A stretch of 44,487 bases of DNA from Burkholderiales bacterium (lineage in GTDB: Bacteria; Pseudomonadota; Gammaproteobacteria; Burkholderiales; SG8-41). The DNA is taken from positions 1 through 44,487 of the forward strand of contig JBFKCU010000001.1 of the NCBI GenBank assembly GCA_041620115.1, given 5' to 3'. How positions within the stretch are numbered: position 1 is the first letter of the stretch; each line of letters begins with the position of its first letter. This document shows, piece after piece, positions 19,169 through 30,262 of this stretch. Made by a program: the position numbers and the translations under genes. The notes beneath the pieces were generated by a model, which searched no databases, was not told the DNA's origin, and was given only the letters and a program-made list of their open reading frames with translations.

Positions 19169-20524
19169 ATGTTCGAAAAAATTCTTATAGCCAACCGCGG
19201 CGAAGTTGCCCTGCGCATCCAGCGCGCCTGCCGCGAAATGGGCATCAAGACGGTGGTCGTGCACTCCGAGGCTGACGCGGAAGCCAAGTACGTTCGCCTG
19301 GCCGATGAGTCCGTGTGTATCGGGCCGGCGCCGTCGACGGCGAGCTATCTTAATGTGCCCGCGATCATTTCCGCCGCCGAGGTCACCGACGCCGAGGCCA
19401 TCCATCCGGGCTACGGATTCCTGTCGGAGAATGCCGATTTTGCCGAGCGTGTGGAGCAGAGCGGATTTACCTTCATCGGCCCGCGGGCCGAGACCATACG
19501 CCTGATGGGCGACAAGGTCAGCGCCAAGAATGCCATGAAGAAAGCGGGCATACCGGTAGTGCCGGGCATGGAAGGCGCGCTGCCGGAGGAGGCCAAGGAC
19601 GCGGTCAAAATCGCCCGCCAGATCGGTTATCCGGTGATCATCAAGGCCGCGGGTGGCGGCGGTGGGCGCGGTATGCGTGTGGTGCACACCGAAGCCGCGC
19701 TGATGAATGCGGTCAACACCACCCGTGCCGAAGCCCAGGCGGCGTTCGGCAACCCGTCCGTCTACATGGAAAAGTATCTGGAGAAACCGCGCCATATCGA
19801 GATCCAGGTGCTGGCCGACAAACACCGCAATGCGCTGTATCTGGGTGACCGCGACTGTTCCATGCAGCGACGCCATCAGAAAATCATCGAAGAAGCGCCG
19901 GCGCCGCTGCTGAACGAGAAAGCGCGTGCGCGCATCGGCGAGCGTTGTGCCGAGGCCTGTCGCAAGATCAGTTATGAAGGCGCGGGAACCTTCGAATTTC
20001 TCTACGAAGGCGGCGAGTTTTATTTTATTGAGATGAACACCCGCCTGCAGGTCGAGCACCCGGTAACCGAAATGGTGACGGGTCTGGACATCGTGCAACT
20101 GCAGATACGCGTTGCCGCCGGAGAGAAGCTGACGCTGCGGCAGAAGGACGTGATCGTGAAGGGCCATGCGATTGAATGCCGCATCAATGCCGAAGACCCG
20201 CACAAATTCACGCCGTCGCCGGGCCGCATCACGTCTTTGCACATGCCCGGAGGACCCGGCATCCGCGTGGATTCCCATGCCTATGCCAATTATTTTGTAC
20301 CGCCGAATTACGACTCGCTGCTGGGCAAGATCATTGCCTACGGCGACACACGGCAGCAGGCAATGGCGCGGTTGCAGATCGCGCTGTCGGAGACGGTCAT
20401 CGAAGGCATCAAGACGAATGTGCCGCTGCACCAGGAACTGGTGCGGGATTCCGCCTTCCAGCGCGGTGGCACCAGTATTCACTATCTTGAAGAGCGCCTC
20501 GCCAAGCTGACCCGCGCCGGGTAG
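19169..20524 (+). CDS. accC: Biotin carboxylase
   Basis: The supporting motifs are [41 protein letters not shown]-grasp [14 protein letters not shown], and [16 protein letters not shown]. Confidence 0.97.
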   Translation: MFEKILIANRGEVALRIQRACREMGIKTVVVHSEADAEAKYVRLADESVCIGPAPSTASYLNVPAIISAAEVTDAEAIHPGYGFLSENADFAERVEQSGFTFIGPRAETIRLMGDKVSAKNAMKKAGIPVVPGMEGALPEEAKDAVKIARQIGYPVIIKAAGGGGGRGMRVVHTEAALMNAVNTTRAEAQAAFGNPSVYMEKYLEKPRHIEIQVLADKHRNALYLGDRDCSMQRRHQKIIEEAPAPLLNEKARARIGERCAEACRKISYEGAGTFEFLYEGGEFYFIEMNTRLQVEHPVTEMVTGLDIVQLQIRVAAGEKLTLRQKDVIVKGHAIECRINAEDPHKFTPSPGRITSLHMPGGPGIRVDSHAYANYFVPPNYDSLLGKIIAYGDTRQQAMARLQIALSETVIEGIKTNVPLHQELVRDSAFQRGGTSIHYLEERLAKLTRAG

Positions 20525-20558
20525 CACGGCGCAAAGCGCTTACGCGGCGGACGGCACC

Positions 20559-21449
20559 ATGCCCTGGTTATGCGCAACCATCCAGACCGACGAGGATTCT
20601 GTTGAGCAACTGACGGATGCACTGCTTGCTGTCGGCGCGTTGGCGGTGGATGTGCAGGACGCTGCGGCCGGCACGGCCGAGGAAAGCCCGATTTTTGCCG
20701 AGCCCGGTGAAGCGCCGGCCGCGGGATGGCGTCGCAACCGCGTCGGCGCCCTGTTTGCCATCGATGACGATCTTTATGCGTTGATTCCGCAGGCACTGAG
20801 CGAAGCGGGCCTCGCACCGGCGGCGGCCTTCAGCATCGAGCGTATCGAAGACACCGACTGGGTGCGCCTGACCCAAAGCCAGTTCAAACCGATGCAGATT
20901 ACATCGCGGATGTGGGTAGTGCCGAGCTGGCATACGCTGCCCGACGCCGGTGCCATCAATATCGCGCTGGATCCCGGCATTGCATTCGGTACCGGTGCGC
21001 ATCCGACGACGCGGCTGTGCCTGCGCTGGCTGGATACGGTGGTGACGTCGCAGACCGACGTGCTCGACTATGGCTGCGGCTCCGGCATACTTGCAATTGC
21101 GGCAATGAAGCTGGGTGCTGCCAGTGCATGCGGTGTTGATATTGATCCGCAGGCGCTGGTCGCCGCGCGCAACAATGCGGCACAGAACCAGGTCGAGGTA
21201 ACTTTCGCCGCGGCCGAGGATGCACCCGTTGCGCCGGCACAGATCGTGGTTGCCAACATCCTTGCCAATCCACTGACGGTTTTGGCGCCCTTGCTGGCGC
21301 GGTTGACGCGACCGGGCGGGCAGATCGCGCTGTCCGGAATACTCGCCGAACAGGCGGCAGCCGTGCTTGAAACGTACGATGCGAATTTCGACATGCAGGA
21401 GGCCGCGAGTGACGAAGGCTGGGTCCTGCTGACGGGAAAACGCCGTTAG
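20559..21449 (+). CDS. prmA: Ribosomal protein L11 methyltransferase
   Basis: MPWLCATIQTDEDSVEQLTDALLAVGALAV is a PrmA N-domain. The SAM motif is VLDYGCGSGILAIAAMKLGA, and NILANPL is also present. Confidence 0.9.
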   Translation: MPWLCATIQTDEDSVEQLTDALLAVGALAVDVQDAAAGTAEESPIFAEPGEAPAAGWRRNRVGALFAIDDDLYALIPQALSEAGLAPAAAFSIERIEDTDWVRLTQSQFKPMQITSRMWVVPSWHTLPDAGAINIALDPGIAFGTGAHPTTRLCLRWLDTVVTSQTDVLDYGCGSGILAIAAMKLGAASACGVDIDPQALVAARNNAAQNQVEVTFAAAEDAPVAPAQIVVANILANPLTVLAPLLARLTRPGGQIALSGILAEQAAAVLETYDANFDMQEAASDEGWVLLTGKRR

Positions 21450-21614
21450 CGCGGCAGAATGACGACAGGCGTGCGTGAATAAACCGGCGACCGGTGGATA
21501 TACGGGCAAGCGGCATACTGATTATATGTCCTCTGATTTGACAAGCGCCGCGACAAGCGGACAGGACCTGATCAGGCACATGATCGGTAGACCGCGCTGG
21601 ATCTTGGTAGAGTA

Positions 21615-22649
21615 ATGCCCATGTCGTTGACTACACGCTGTATCCATTGCCACACCGTGTTCCGGATCACGCTGGAGCAGTTGCAGGCGCACGGCGGCCA
21701 GGTGCGCTGCGGCCGCTGCATGCAGGTGTTCAACGGACTGAACTCGCTGGTGCCGGAGACCGCAGGCGCGGCTGAACCGGCAGCAGCGCCTGCGCCACAG
21801 CAGCCGCCCGCTGCGCCGGTGGCCGAGCCTGCGCCGCCGGCAGCGGAGCCCGCCGCAACAGCGGAGGCGCGCGGCGACACCGCCGCTGAGGCCGATACGG
21901 TTGCGGAAGCAGCGGCCGTGCCCGCGGCAGAGCTTCCCGTCGAATCGACGGCTGGCGCCGATGCCAGTGCAGACCCCGGCGCCGAAGCCGAGACTGACGC
22001 ACCGCATGATGCACCACATGACGCACGGCCGGCTGCAACTGACGCGGTCGCGAATGCTCCGGCGCCGGCGATCTCCGCCGCGATTGAGCGCCCGGGTTCA
22101 ATGACCATCGCGGATGACAACCCGTTTGTGGACGAGATGCCCGCGGCTGAGCCTGCAAAGACCCGGCGGCCGCTACTGATGGCCGCCACGGTACTGCTCG
22201 CGGCGCTGCTGGCGGCGCAGGCGATTTATTTTTATCGCGGCGAGATTGCGGCACGAAATTCATGGGCCCGGCAGGTTCTGACTGATGCGTGCGTCCAGGC
22301 CGGGTGCGCAGTGTCGCTGCCGCAGAACACCAAAGCCGTGGTAATTGAGGCGTCGGATCTGCAGGTGGTTGATCCCGCGCAGCCGAATCGCATCCAGCTG
22401 ACGGCGACATTGCGCAACCACGCCAGTCACGATGTCGCTTATCCCGCACTCGATCTGGTGTTGACCAATGTCAACGATCACACGCTGGTCAGGCGCATAT
22501 TCCTGCCCGTCGAGTATCTGGGTGCCGGCCGTGACACTGCCACCGGGATCAGCGCGAACGCGGAACTTACGATACGTCTGGCCATGGACACGGGGAACCT
22601 CGGCGCCGCCGGGTTCCGCCTGGCCGTATTGCCCGCGCCGTCGCGCTGA
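21615..22649 (+). CDS. Zinc-ribbon (MJ0042-type) plus DUF3426 membrane protein
   Basis: The N-terminus TRCIHCHTVFRITLEQLQAHGGQVRCGRCMQVFNG is a CxxC...CxxC zinc ribbon. A long Ala/Pro/Glu-rich linker, one TM segment (LLMAATVLLAALLAAQAIYFY) and a C-terminal domain follow. The position after prmA is typical for betaproteobacteria. Confidence 0.72.
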   Translation: MPMSLTTRCIHCHTVFRITLEQLQAHGGQVRCGRCMQVFNGLNSLVPETAGAAEPAAAPAPQQPPAAPVAEPAPPAAEPAATAEARGDTAAEADTVAEAAAVPAAELPVESTAGADASADPGAEAETDAPHDAPHDARPAATDAVANAPAPAISAAIERPGSMTIADDNPFVDEMPAAEPAKTRRPLLMAATVLLAALLAAQAIYFYRGEIAARNSWARQVLTDACVQAGCAVSLPQNTKAVVIEASDLQVVDPAQPNRIQLTATLRNHASHDVAYPALDLVLTNVNDHTLVRRIFLPVEYLGAGRDTATGISANAELTIRLAMDTGNLGAAGFRLAVLPAPSR

Positions 22650-22704
22650 GCCGTCGTATGCGGCTGATGCGACCAGACCATGGCCTGCCGAGGCAGCAGA
22701 AGTC

Positions 22705-23805
22705 ATGACGGCACCATTGCGACGCACGGTGCTGCATGCGGAACACCTTGCATTGAATGCGCGCCTGGTGCCGTTTGCCGGCTGGGAAATGCCGTTGCAC
22801 TACGGATCACAGCTGGAGGAGCATCATGCTGTACGCCGCAACGCCGGTGTGTTCGATGTTTCGCACATGCGAGCAATCGATGTCCAGGGCACGGGCGCGC
22901 AGGGGCTGTTGCGGCGGTTGCTGGCCAACGACGTCGCACGACTGAGTGGACCGGGCGCCGGACTATACAGCTGCATGCTGAATGAAGACGGTGGAGTGCT
23001 CGATGACCTGATCGTTTACCGCTTCGGCGCAGACGGCTATCGGTTGGTAGTCAACGCTGCAACCGCGTCTTTGGATCTGGCATGGATCCGGCGGCAGGCC
23101 CGGTCGCATGACGCCGTGATTGATCTGCGCACCGATCTGGCGATTCTGGCATTACAGGGACCGCAGGCGCGCGAACGCTGCTGGCAGGCGCTGCCCAAGC
23201 TGCGTGCGGCAACGCGGTCGTTGCCGCGCTTTCATCTGGCGCAGGCGGATGGCATGCTGGTCGCACGTACCGGCTATACCGGCGAGGACGGATTCGAGGT
23301 CATGTTGCCCGAAGAGCGCGCGCCCGCTACCTGGCGTGCCTTGCTGTCCGCAGGGTTTTCGCCCTGCGGACTGGGCGCGCGCGACACGCTGCGGTTGGAG
23401 GCCGGCCTGAATCTTTACGGTCAGGACATGGACGACACCGTGACGCCGCTGGAGTCCGGCCTTGCCTGGACCGTTGACCGGTCGGGGCCGCGTGATTTTA
23501 TCGGCAAGGCCGCCCTCACCGCCCGACCACCTGCGCAGGTGCTCATGGGCGTGGTGTTACGCGGTCCGGGCGTGATGCGTGCGGGGCAAGCCCTGCGTTG
23601 TGCCGCCGGAGCAGGCATACTGACCAGCGGCGGCTTTGCGCCGACATTGAACCGGTCTATTGCTCTGGCGCGGGTACCCGTGACGGTGCAGCCGGGAGAC
23701 GCGGTGGAGATCGAAATGCGCGGTCGCTGGCTTGCCGCCGTACTGGTAAAAACACCCTTTGTACGCCAGGGGCGTGCGCTACCCGAACTCGCATCGATTT
23801 TGTAG
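22705..23805 (+). CDS. gcvT: Glycine cleavage system aminomethyltransferase (T protein)
   Basis: The start is [11 protein letters not shown] at 22705. The supporting sequence is [35 protein letters not shown] ... GYTGEDGFE ... [18 protein letters not shown]. Confidence 0.92.
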   Translation: MTAPLRRTVLHAEHLALNARLVPFAGWEMPLHYGSQLEEHHAVRRNAGVFDVSHMRAIDVQGTGAQGLLRRLLANDVARLSGPGAGLYSCMLNEDGGVLDDLIVYRFGADGYRLVVNAATASLDLAWIRRQARSHDAVIDLRTDLAILALQGPQARERCWQALPKLRAATRSLPRFHLAQADGMLVARTGYTGEDGFEVMLPEERAPATWRALLSAGFSPCGLGARDTLRLEAGLNLYGQDMDDTVTPLESGLAWTVDRSGPRDFIGKAALTARPPAQVLMGVVLRGPGVMRAGQALRCAAGAGILTSGGFAPTLNRSIALARVPVTVQPGDAVEIEMRGRWLAAVLVKTPFVRQGRALPELASIL

Positions 23806-23836
23806 GTTATTGTCTTTATTCTTATTTGGAGTTTTC

Positions 23837-24226
23837 ATGAGCACACCAGACAATCTGAAATACACCAGCAGTCACGAGTGGGTACGCCGCGAGGCCGATG
23901 GTACGGTGAGCGTCGGTATTACCCACCACGCCCAGGAGCAGCTCGGTGACGTAGTGTTTGTCGAAACGCCTGCGCCCGGCCGCCAGCTCAAGCAGGGCGA
24001 GGAGTGCGGCGTGATCGAGTCGGTCAAGGCGGCGGCGGACATCTATGCGCCGGTGTCGGGAGAGATCATTGCGGCCAATGCGGAATTGGCGGATGCACCG
24101 GAAAAGATCAACGAAGACGCTTACGCTACATGGATGTTCCGCATGAAGCCCGACCAGCCGGCGGAGATCGACGCGCTGCTTGATGCCGCTGCGTACCAGA
24201 AAATAGCGGACGCAGAAAAGGACTAG
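23837..24226 (+). CDS. gcvH: Glycine cleavage system H protein (lipoyl carrier)
   Basis: [11 protein letters not shown] ... [17 protein letters not shown] ... [16 protein letters not shown] contains the lipoyl-lysine motif. The start is MSTPDN at 23837. Confidence 0.93.
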   Translation: MSTPDNLKYTSSHEWVRREADGTVSVGITHHAQEQLGDVVFVETPAPGRQLKQGEECGVIESVKAAADIYAPVSGEIIAANAELADAPEKINEDAYATWMFRMKPDQPAEIDALLDAAAYQKIADAEKD

Positions 24227-24257
24227 CGGCGGCTGCACCGCGCCGTAGCGCTGGAAC

Positions 24258-25646
24258 ATGTCCTTCATTCCCCACACTGACGATGATGTCCGCAGCATGC
24301 TTGCGGCGATCGGTGTGGCGGATATCGCCTCCCTGTTTGACGAAATCCCCGCGGCGCTGCGCAATGCAGCGCTGACCGGAGTGCCGCCGCCGGAATCCGA
24401 AATGGCCGTGTTACGGCTGATGCGCGAACGCGCTGAACACGACGGCACTTACCTCAATTTCATCGGCGCCGGTGCTTATGAGCACCATATTCCGGCGGCG
24501 GTCTGGCAGATCGCGATGCGCGGTGAGTTCTATTCCGCGTATACGCCATACCAGGCGGAAGCGAGCCAGGGCACGCTGCAGACCCTGTACGAATATCAGT
24601 CCATGATCGCCACATTGAACGGGCTCGCAGTATCGAATGCGAGCCTATACGATGGTGCGTCGGCGCTCGCCGAAGCCGTGCTGATGGCCGTGCGCCTGAA
24701 CAAGGATGCGCGTCGCATCGTGCTGCCACGGTCGCTGCATCCGTCCTGGCGGCGTGTGGTGGCAACCCTGGTGCGTAATCAGGGCATCGAAATGGTCATG
24801 GCGGATTTTGACCCGCAGACGGGCCAGACCGCGCTGGCGGGGTTGCCCGAGGACACCCGCGGGATTGCGGCGCTGATCGTGCCCCAGCCGAACTTCTTCG
24901 GCGTACTGGAGCCGGTGGATGAATTGACGGACTGGGCGCATGCGCGCGGCATGTTGGTCATTGCCGCACCGAATCCGACAGCGCTGGCGATTCTGCGGCC
25001 GCCGGGGCAGTGGGGTAAAGAAGGTGCTGACATTGCCGCGGGCGAGGGCCAGCCGCTGGGCATGCCGCTCTCCGGCGGCGGACCCTATCTGGGATTCATG
25101 GCCTGTCGCGCGGGGCACGTCCGGCAGATGCCGGGCCGGATTGTCGGGCGCACGGTGGATGCAGACGGTCGGCCCGGTTATACGCTGACACTGCAGGCGC
25201 GCGAGCAGCATATCCGCCGTTCCAAGGCCACTTCCAATATCTGCACCAATCAGGGACTGGCGGCGACCGCCGCGGCGATCTACATGACACTGCTCGGGCC
25301 CGCCGGCCTCGCCCGGGTCGCGCGCGCGAGCCATGCCAACACGCTGCGGTTGCGTGAAGCCCTGACCGGCATCGCGGGCGTGACCGTGCCGCTCAGCGGT
25401 TCGATTTTCCACGAGTTCGTGATACAAGTACAGACACCGGTTGCGCCGGTGCTGCAGGCGCTGCAGGCGCAGGGCATACTCGGTGGCTTCAGCCTGGCAC
25501 ACGACTACAGTGAACTCGGCCAGTCGCTGCTGGTGTGCGCGACGGAAACGAAAACGGTCGCTGACATCGGACGTTATGCGGAAACCCTGGCGCGCATACT
25601 CAGCGGGCGCCACCGCCCGGCACCGGGGGCAATCAAATCTTCTTAA
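24258..25646 (+). CDS. gcvPA: Glycine dehydrogenase (aminomethyl-transferring) subunit 1
   Basis: The supporting sequence is [20 protein letters not shown] ... [15 protein letters not shown] ... [14 protein letters not shown] ... [18 protein letters not shown]. Confidence 0.92.
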   Translation: MSFIPHTDDDVRSMLAAIGVADIASLFDEIPAALRNAALTGVPPPESEMAVLRLMRERAEHDGTYLNFIGAGAYEHHIPAAVWQIAMRGEFYSAYTPYQAEASQGTLQTLYEYQSMIATLNGLAVSNASLYDGASALAEAVLMAVRLNKDARRIVLPRSLHPSWRRVVATLVRNQGIEMVMADFDPQTGQTALAGLPEDTRGIAALIVPQPNFFGVLEPVDELTDWAHARGMLVIAAPNPTALAILRPPGQWGKEGADIAAGEGQPLGMPLSGGGPYLGFMACRAGHVRQMPGRIVGRTVDADGRPGYTLTLQAREQHIRRSKATSNICTNQGLAATAAAIYMTLLGPAGLARVARASHANTLRLREALTGIAGVTVPLSGSIFHEFVIQVQTPVAPVLQALQAQGILGGFSLAHDYSELGQSLLVCATETKTVADIGRYAETLARILSGRHRPAPGAIKSS

Positions 25647-25675
25647 TACCAACCCAGCAACGCAAGGAGAACACC

Positions 25676-26176
25676 ATGGCATCAGTCACACTCGCAGGCA
25701 ACCCGATCACGGTCGCCGGCAAATTTCCGAACAAAGGCGACAGCGCGCCTGATTTCACGCTGACCGGCAAGGACCTGAAAGAGGTCGGCCTCAAGGATTT
25801 TGCCGGCAAACGCAAAGTGCTGAACATCGTGCCCAGCCTGGATACGCCCGTGTGCCAGGCATCCACCCGGAAATTCAACGCAGAGGCGACGAAGCTGGGC
25901 AACACCGTAGTGCTGGTGATTGCCGCTGACCTGCCTTTCGCGATGGGCCGTTTCTGCGGTGCGGAAGGGTTGAATGACGTGATTACACTGTCGACCTTCC
26001 GCAATCGCGATTTCCACGCCAAGTACGGCGTTGATGTGACGGACGGCCCGTTGCGCGGATTGACGGCACGCGGCGTGGTGGTGCTCGACGAAAACAACAA
26101 GGTGGTGCACGCGGAACTGGTGCCGGAAATCAAACAGGAGCCCAACTACGACGCCGTACTTTCGGCGATGAAGTAA
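25676..26176 (+). CDS. tpx: Thiol peroxidase (atypical 2-Cys peroxiredoxin, Tpx)
   Basis: [21 protein letters not shown] holds the peroxidatic Cys and [13 protein letters not shown] the resolving Cys. A strong SD (AAGGAGA) lies 7 nt upstream of the ATG. Confidence 0.92.
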   Translation: MASVTLAGNPITVAGKFPNKGDSAPDFTLTGKDLKEVGLKDFAGKRKVLNIVPSLDTPVCQASTRKFNAEATKLGNTVVLVIAADLPFAMGRFCGAEGLNDVITLSTFRNRDFHAKYGVDVTDGPLRGLTARGVVVLDENNKVVHAELVPEIKQEPNYDAVLSAMK

Positions 26177-26189
26177 GGGCAGTCCGGCA

Positions 26190-27659
26190 ATGCTGATTTT
26201 CGAGCAATCGCGTCCCGGCCGGGGCAGCCCGGCCCAGGCGCCGGTGGTCGATGACGGCATTGCCGCGATTCCTGCACATTTGCTGCGGGCTGCGCCGCCA
26301 TTGTTGCCGGAGGTCTCGGAACTCGACGCGGTGCGCCATTACACGCGCCTGTCGCAGCAGAATTATTCAATCGATACCCATTTCTATCCGCTGGGTTCGT
26401 GCACCATGAAATACAACCCGCGCGGTGCGAACGCGGCGGCGATGCTGCCGCAGTTTCTGGCGCGCCACCCGGCGGCACCGGATGCAACCGGGCAGGGCTT
26501 TCTTGCCTGCCTGTTTGAACTGCAGGAAATGCTCCGGGATATTACCGGCATGGCGGCGGTCAGCCTGGCGCCGATGGCGGGCGCGCAGGGCGAATTCGCC
26601 GGCATCGCAATGATTCGTGCCTATCACGATGCGCGCGGCGACCACGCGCGCCGAGAGATCCTGGTGCCTGATGCCGCGCACGGCACCAACCCGGCGTCCG
26701 CGGTCATGTGCGGTTATCGGGTGCGCGAAGTGCCGACCGATGCCGACGGCAATGTCGAGGTCGCTGCACTGTCTGCCGCTGTGGGGCCGCAAACCGCCGG
26801 GCTGATGCTGACCAACCCGTCGACGCTGGGCGTGTTTGAACGGCACATCCTCGAGATTGAGCGCATTGTGCACGGAGCAGGCGGACTGCTTTATTACGAC
26901 GGCGCCAATCTCAACGCGGTACTCGGCAAGGCCAAACCCGGTGACATGGGTTTTGATGCCATCCACATCAATTTGCACAAGACCTTTTCGACGCCGCATG
27001 GCGGTGGCGGGCCCGGCGCGGGCCCGGTAGGCGTATCCGACCGGTTGCGTCAGTTCCTGCCGCTGCCCGTGGTGTCGCGGCGCGGGGAGGAATACCGGCT
27101 GCTGGGTGAACAGGATTTGCCATTGTCCATCGGACGGCTTGCTGCCCATCTGGGCAATGCCGGCGTGCTGCTGCGGGCGTACGCCTATGCGCGCATGCTG
27201 GGCGACACGGGCATGCGCGCCGTTGCCGATTTCGCCACGCTGAATGCGAATTACCTGATGGCTCGGCTGCGCGAGGCCGGTTTTGAACCGGCGTATCCGC
27301 GGCGCCGCGCCAGCCATGAGTTCATCGTCACCTTGCAGCGGCTGAAAGAGCAGACCGGAGTGACAGCGATGGATTTCGCCAAACGCCTGCTCGACAAGGG
27401 ATTCCATGCACCAACCACTTACTTTCCGCTGCTGGTGCCCGAGTGCCTGCTGATCGAACCTACCGAAACGGAATCAAAGCAGACGCTGGATGCATTTGTC
27501 GCCGCGATGCAGGAGATCCTCGAGGAAGCGCGGACGAATCCTGATCTGGTGAAATCGGCGCCGCACGAGCTGCCTTTGCGCCGGCTCGATGAAATCAGGG
27601 CGGCGCGTCAGCTCGATCTGGCGTGGACGCCGGCCGATCCACAGGAAGCCCGTTCATGA
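26190..27659 (+). CDS. gcvPB: Glycine dehydrogenase (aminomethyl-transferring) subunit 2
   Basis: The supporting sequence is [28 protein letters not shown] ... [12 protein letters not shown] ... [20 protein letters not shown]. The last block holds the PLP lysine region. Confidence 0.93.
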   Translation: MLIFEQSRPGRGSPAQAPVVDDGIAAIPAHLLRAAPPLLPEVSELDAVRHYTRLSQQNYSIDTHFYPLGSCTMKYNPRGANAAAMLPQFLARHPAAPDATGQGFLACLFELQEMLRDITGMAAVSLAPMAGAQGEFAGIAMIRAYHDARGDHARREILVPDAAHGTNPASAVMCGYRVREVPTDADGNVEVAALSAAVGPQTAGLMLTNPSTLGVFERHILEIERIVHGAGGLLYYDGANLNAVLGKAKPGDMGFDAIHINLHKTFSTPHGGGGPGAGPVGVSDRLRQFLPLPVVSRRGEEYRLLGEQDLPLSIGRLAAHLGNAGVLLRAYAYARMLGDTGMRAVADFATLNANYLMARLREAGFEPAYPRRRASHEFIVTLQRLKEQTGVTAMDFAKRLLDKGFHAPTTYFPLLVPECLLIEPTETESKQTLDAFVAAMQEILEEARTNPDLVKSAPHELPLRRLDEIRAARQLDLAWTPADPQEARS

Positions 27660-28042
27660 GCGTGGCGCCGACCGGGAAGAATCCCCACAAGGGCAAGACC
27701 GGTCTGCAGCGAATCTGGAACGCCTCGCGTTATTCCATCGACGGATTGCGTGCGGCGCTGCGTCACGAAGCGGCATTTCGTCAGGAATTGCTGCTCGCCG
27801 TGCCGCTGATTCCGGCAGCGCTGTTAATGCCGGTGGCGGGCACAGGCAAGGCGCTGATGATCGCATCCTTGATGCTGGTGCTGATTGTCGAGTTGCTCAA
27901 TTCTGCCGTGGAAGCGGTGGTTGATCGCATTTCGCTGGAGCACCATGAGCTGGCCAAACGCGCCAAGGATTTCGGCAGCGCCGCGGTGATGCTGGCGTTG
28001 ATCAACGTGCCCGTGGTCTGGGGCCTGGTATTGCTGGGCTGA
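27656..28042 (+). CDS. dgkA: Diacylglycerol kinase (prokaryotic DgkA family)
   Basis: The start MSVAPTGKN at 27656 overlaps the gcvPB stop (ATGA). The supporting sequence is [29 protein letters not shown] ... [15 protein letters not shown] ... AKDFGSAAV. Confidence 0.88.
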   Translation: MSVAPTGKNPHKGKTGLQRIWNASRYSIDGLRAALRHEAAFRQELLLAVPLIPAALLMPVAGTGKALMIASLMLVLIVELLNSAVEAVVDRISLEHHELAKRAKDFGSAAVMLALINVPVVWGLVLLG

Positions 28043-28103
28043 ATAAAATATCTAATAAAATCAATAAGTTATTTTATTATTTTATGTTGCCCGGCGTCAG
28101 CTG

Positions 28104-28133
28104 AAAATCCGGCGCGCGGCCGGGCGCGCCGGA
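28104..28133 (-). terminator. Rho-independent terminator for mscL (convergent intergenic region)
   Basis: A perfect 10-bp stem (TCCGGCGCGC / GCGCGCCGGA) encloses a 6-nt loop. On the minus strand it is followed by TTTTCAG. Confidence 0.55.
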
Positions 28134-28166
28134 TGAAGTTCTTGCCGGGAGCCACTGCTGCGCTGA

Positions 28167-28592
28167 TTATTTTTTCAGCGCGTCGCGGATCTCGCGCAGC
28201 AGCACCACATCTTCGGGCGGTGCGGCTGGCGCGGGCGGCGCAGGCGGCTCGGCTTTTTTTGCCGCGTTGACGGCCTTGATCAGCATGAATATCGCGAAGG
28301 CGACGATCAAGAAGGTGATCACGGTATTGATGAAAATCCCATAGTTCCACGTCACGGCCCCGGCTTTTTGGGCCACTTCGATCGTTGCGTATGGCCCTGC
28401 CGTTGCGCCTTGCTTCAACACCGCAAACAGGTTGGAAAAATCCACTCCGCCCAGCAGCAATCCTATGGGCGGCATGATGACATCCTTGACCAGCGATTCA
28501 ACGATCTTGCCGAACGCTGCACCAATGACAATACCAACCGCCATATCGAGCACGTTGCCGCGCATCGCGAATTCCTTGAACTCTTTCAGCAT
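28167..28592 (-). CDS. mscL: Large-conductance mechanosensitive channel
   Basis: The supporting sequence is [44 protein letters not shown] ... [19 protein letters not shown]. Confidence 0.95.
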   Translation of the reverse strand: MLKEFKEFAMRGNVLDMAVGIVIGAAFGKIVESLVKDVIMPPIGLLLGGVDFSNLFAVLKQGATAGPYATIEVAQKAGAVTWNYGIFINTVITFLIVAFAIFMLIKAVNAAKKAEPPAPPAPAAPPEDVVLLREIRDALKK

Positions 28593-28752
28593 TTTTTAGC
28601 CCTCAATAAAGGTTGTGGTTATTCGCCGGAGAGGCAATCATTCCGGTGTCGCTGGATTATGCTTCGGGCTGACGTTAAAGACCAAGCTGTCGCCGGCGGG
28701 CGACAATGCCATGGTTGGTATAATCCGCCGTCCCCACTTCAGGCGGTAACCG

Positions 28753-29688
28753 ATGTCCACATTGATTTGCGGTTCGATGGCGTACGACACCATCATGGTG
28801 TTTCGCGATCGCTTCAAGAACCATATCCTGCCCGACCAGCTGCACATCCTTAACGTGGCTTTCCTGGTGCCCGACATGCGGCGAGAGTTTGGTGGCTGCG
28901 CCGGCAATATTGCCTATACGCTGCAGATGCTCGGTGGCGATGCGCGCATCATGGCGACCGTTGGCGACGATTTTGCGCCTTACGATGATCGCCTGCAGCG
29001 CCTCGGCCTTGCCCAGGACCATATCCGCAATGTGCCCGGCAGCTTTACCGCACAGGCGTTCATCACCACCGATCTTGATGACAACCAGATTACGGCGTTT
29101 CATCCGGGAGCGATGAACCATTCCCACGAGAACCATGTGAGCGATGCCAAAGGCGTGACCCTGGGCATTGTCGCCCCCGATGGGCGCGAGGGCATGCTGC
29201 AGCATGCCCGCGAGTTTCATGAGGCGGGAATTCCGTTCATATTTGATCCGGGGCAGGGTTTGCCGATGTTTGGCGGACCGGAACTGGAGGAATTCGTGCG
29301 TCTTGCGGAATATGTCACGGTTAACGACTACGAAGCGCAGATGTTGCAGGAGCGCACCGGCAAAAAACTTGATGCGCTGGCGAAACTCGTCAAGGCGATT
29401 GTGGTCACATTAGGTGCAAAGGGCGCGGTGGTGCATACGGGAGGTAAACAGATTGAGATTCCGAGCGTTAAGCCGGAAGCAGTGCTTGATCCGACCGGTT
29501 GCGGGGACGCCTTCCGGGCGGGGCTGCTGTATGGTTTGGCTGCGGGCGCGGATTGGACTTTGACCGGCCGGCTTGCGTCTTTGATGGGGTCGTTGAAAAT
29601 CGCACAGCGCGGCGGTCAGAATCACCGGTTCAGCCGCGAAGAGGTGAGCGACCGGTTCCAGCAGGCATTCGGCATGAAAATGTGGTGA
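28753..29688 (+). CDS. PfkB-family carbohydrate/nucleoside kinase
   Basis: GGCAGNIAYTL is an N-terminal GG motif. The C-terminal DPTGCGDAFRAGLLYG is the PfkB signature 2. TATAAT at 28719..28724 lies 29 nt upstream of the ATG. Confidence 0.85.
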   Translation: MSTLICGSMAYDTIMVFRDRFKNHILPDQLHILNVAFLVPDMRREFGGCAGNIAYTLQMLGGDARIMATVGDDFAPYDDRLQRLGLAQDHIRNVPGSFTAQAFITTDLDDNQITAFHPGAMNHSHENHVSDAKGVTLGIVAPDGREGMLQHAREFHEAGIPFIFDPGQGLPMFGGPELEEFVRLAEYVTVNDYEAQMLQERTGKKLDALAKLVKAIVVTLGAKGAVVHTGGKQIEIPSVKPEAVLDPTGCGDAFRAGLLYGLAAGADWTLTGRLASLMGSLKIAQRGGQNHRFSREEVSDRFQQAFGMKMW

Positions 29689-29702
29689 CAGGAGAAAACA
29701 TC

Positions 29703-30161
29703 ATGAACAAGCGAATTCTTCAATTGGCGGCAGCTGTCCTTGGCGCGGCATTGCTGGCAGGTTGTGCGCCCGGCCTCGGTAGCGGCTCGTACACGCGGGA
29801 TGAGGCACGGCGCGAGCAGAATGTGCGCATGGGCATCGTCGAAAGCGTGCGCCCGGTACAGATCGAGGGCACGCGCAGCGGGGTCGGCCCTGCGGCAGGC
29901 GCCGTGGTCGGCGGTGTGGCCGGCAGCACGGTCGGTGGCGGTCGCGGTGCGGCTGTGGCGACGGTGCTGGGTGCAGTTGCCGGCGGAGTCGCCGGCCAGG
30001 CGGTCGAAGAAGGCACTACGCGCACCAACGGGGTCGAGGTCACGGTCAAGCTCAACAACGGCGCGCTGGTGGCGATCGTGCAGGCGGCAGATGAAACTTT
30101 CAAACCCGGTGACCGCGTGCGCATCCTGTCTGATGGTCGCACGTCCCGCGTAACGCACTGA
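29703..30161 (+). CDS. SlyB/PCP-like outer-membrane lipoprotein (glycine-zipper)
   Basis: The start is MNKRILQLAAAVLGAALLAGC at 29703, with lipobox LAGC. The Gly-zipper is GAVVGGVAGSTVGGGRGAAVATVLGAVAGGVAG. The track ORF begins at 29499, inside the kinase gene. Confidence 0.8.
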   Translation: MNKRILQLAAAVLGAALLAGCAPGLGSGSYTRDEARREQNVRMGIVESVRPVQIEGTRSGVGPAAGAVVGGVAGSTVGGGRGAAVATVLGAVAGGVAGQAVEEGTTRTNGVEVTVKLNNGALVAIVQAADETFKPGDRVRILSDGRTSRVTH

Positions 30162-30262
30162 ACCCGTATTGACCGCATACGTCGCGGGTCACAGCCTGCG
30201 GCGCCGGTCCGCGGTATACCGCTGTCGGTGCGGCTGATGTTAACGCGCCGCGCGCCCCTATA

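Noticed and set aside
21996-22025. A short tandem peptide repeat, DAPHDAPHDA, within the Ala/Pro-rich linker of the DUF3426 protein.
   Set aside because: It is only two copies inside a low-complexity linker. This is ordinary slippage-type variation, not a structured repeat array.
22440-22704. I looked for a glycine riboswitch upstream of gcvT.
   Set aside because: The gap to the upstream DUF3426 gene is only 55 nt. I could not find the conserved GGAGAG...ACCGAAGGGGCAA-type cores in the preceding 260 nt.
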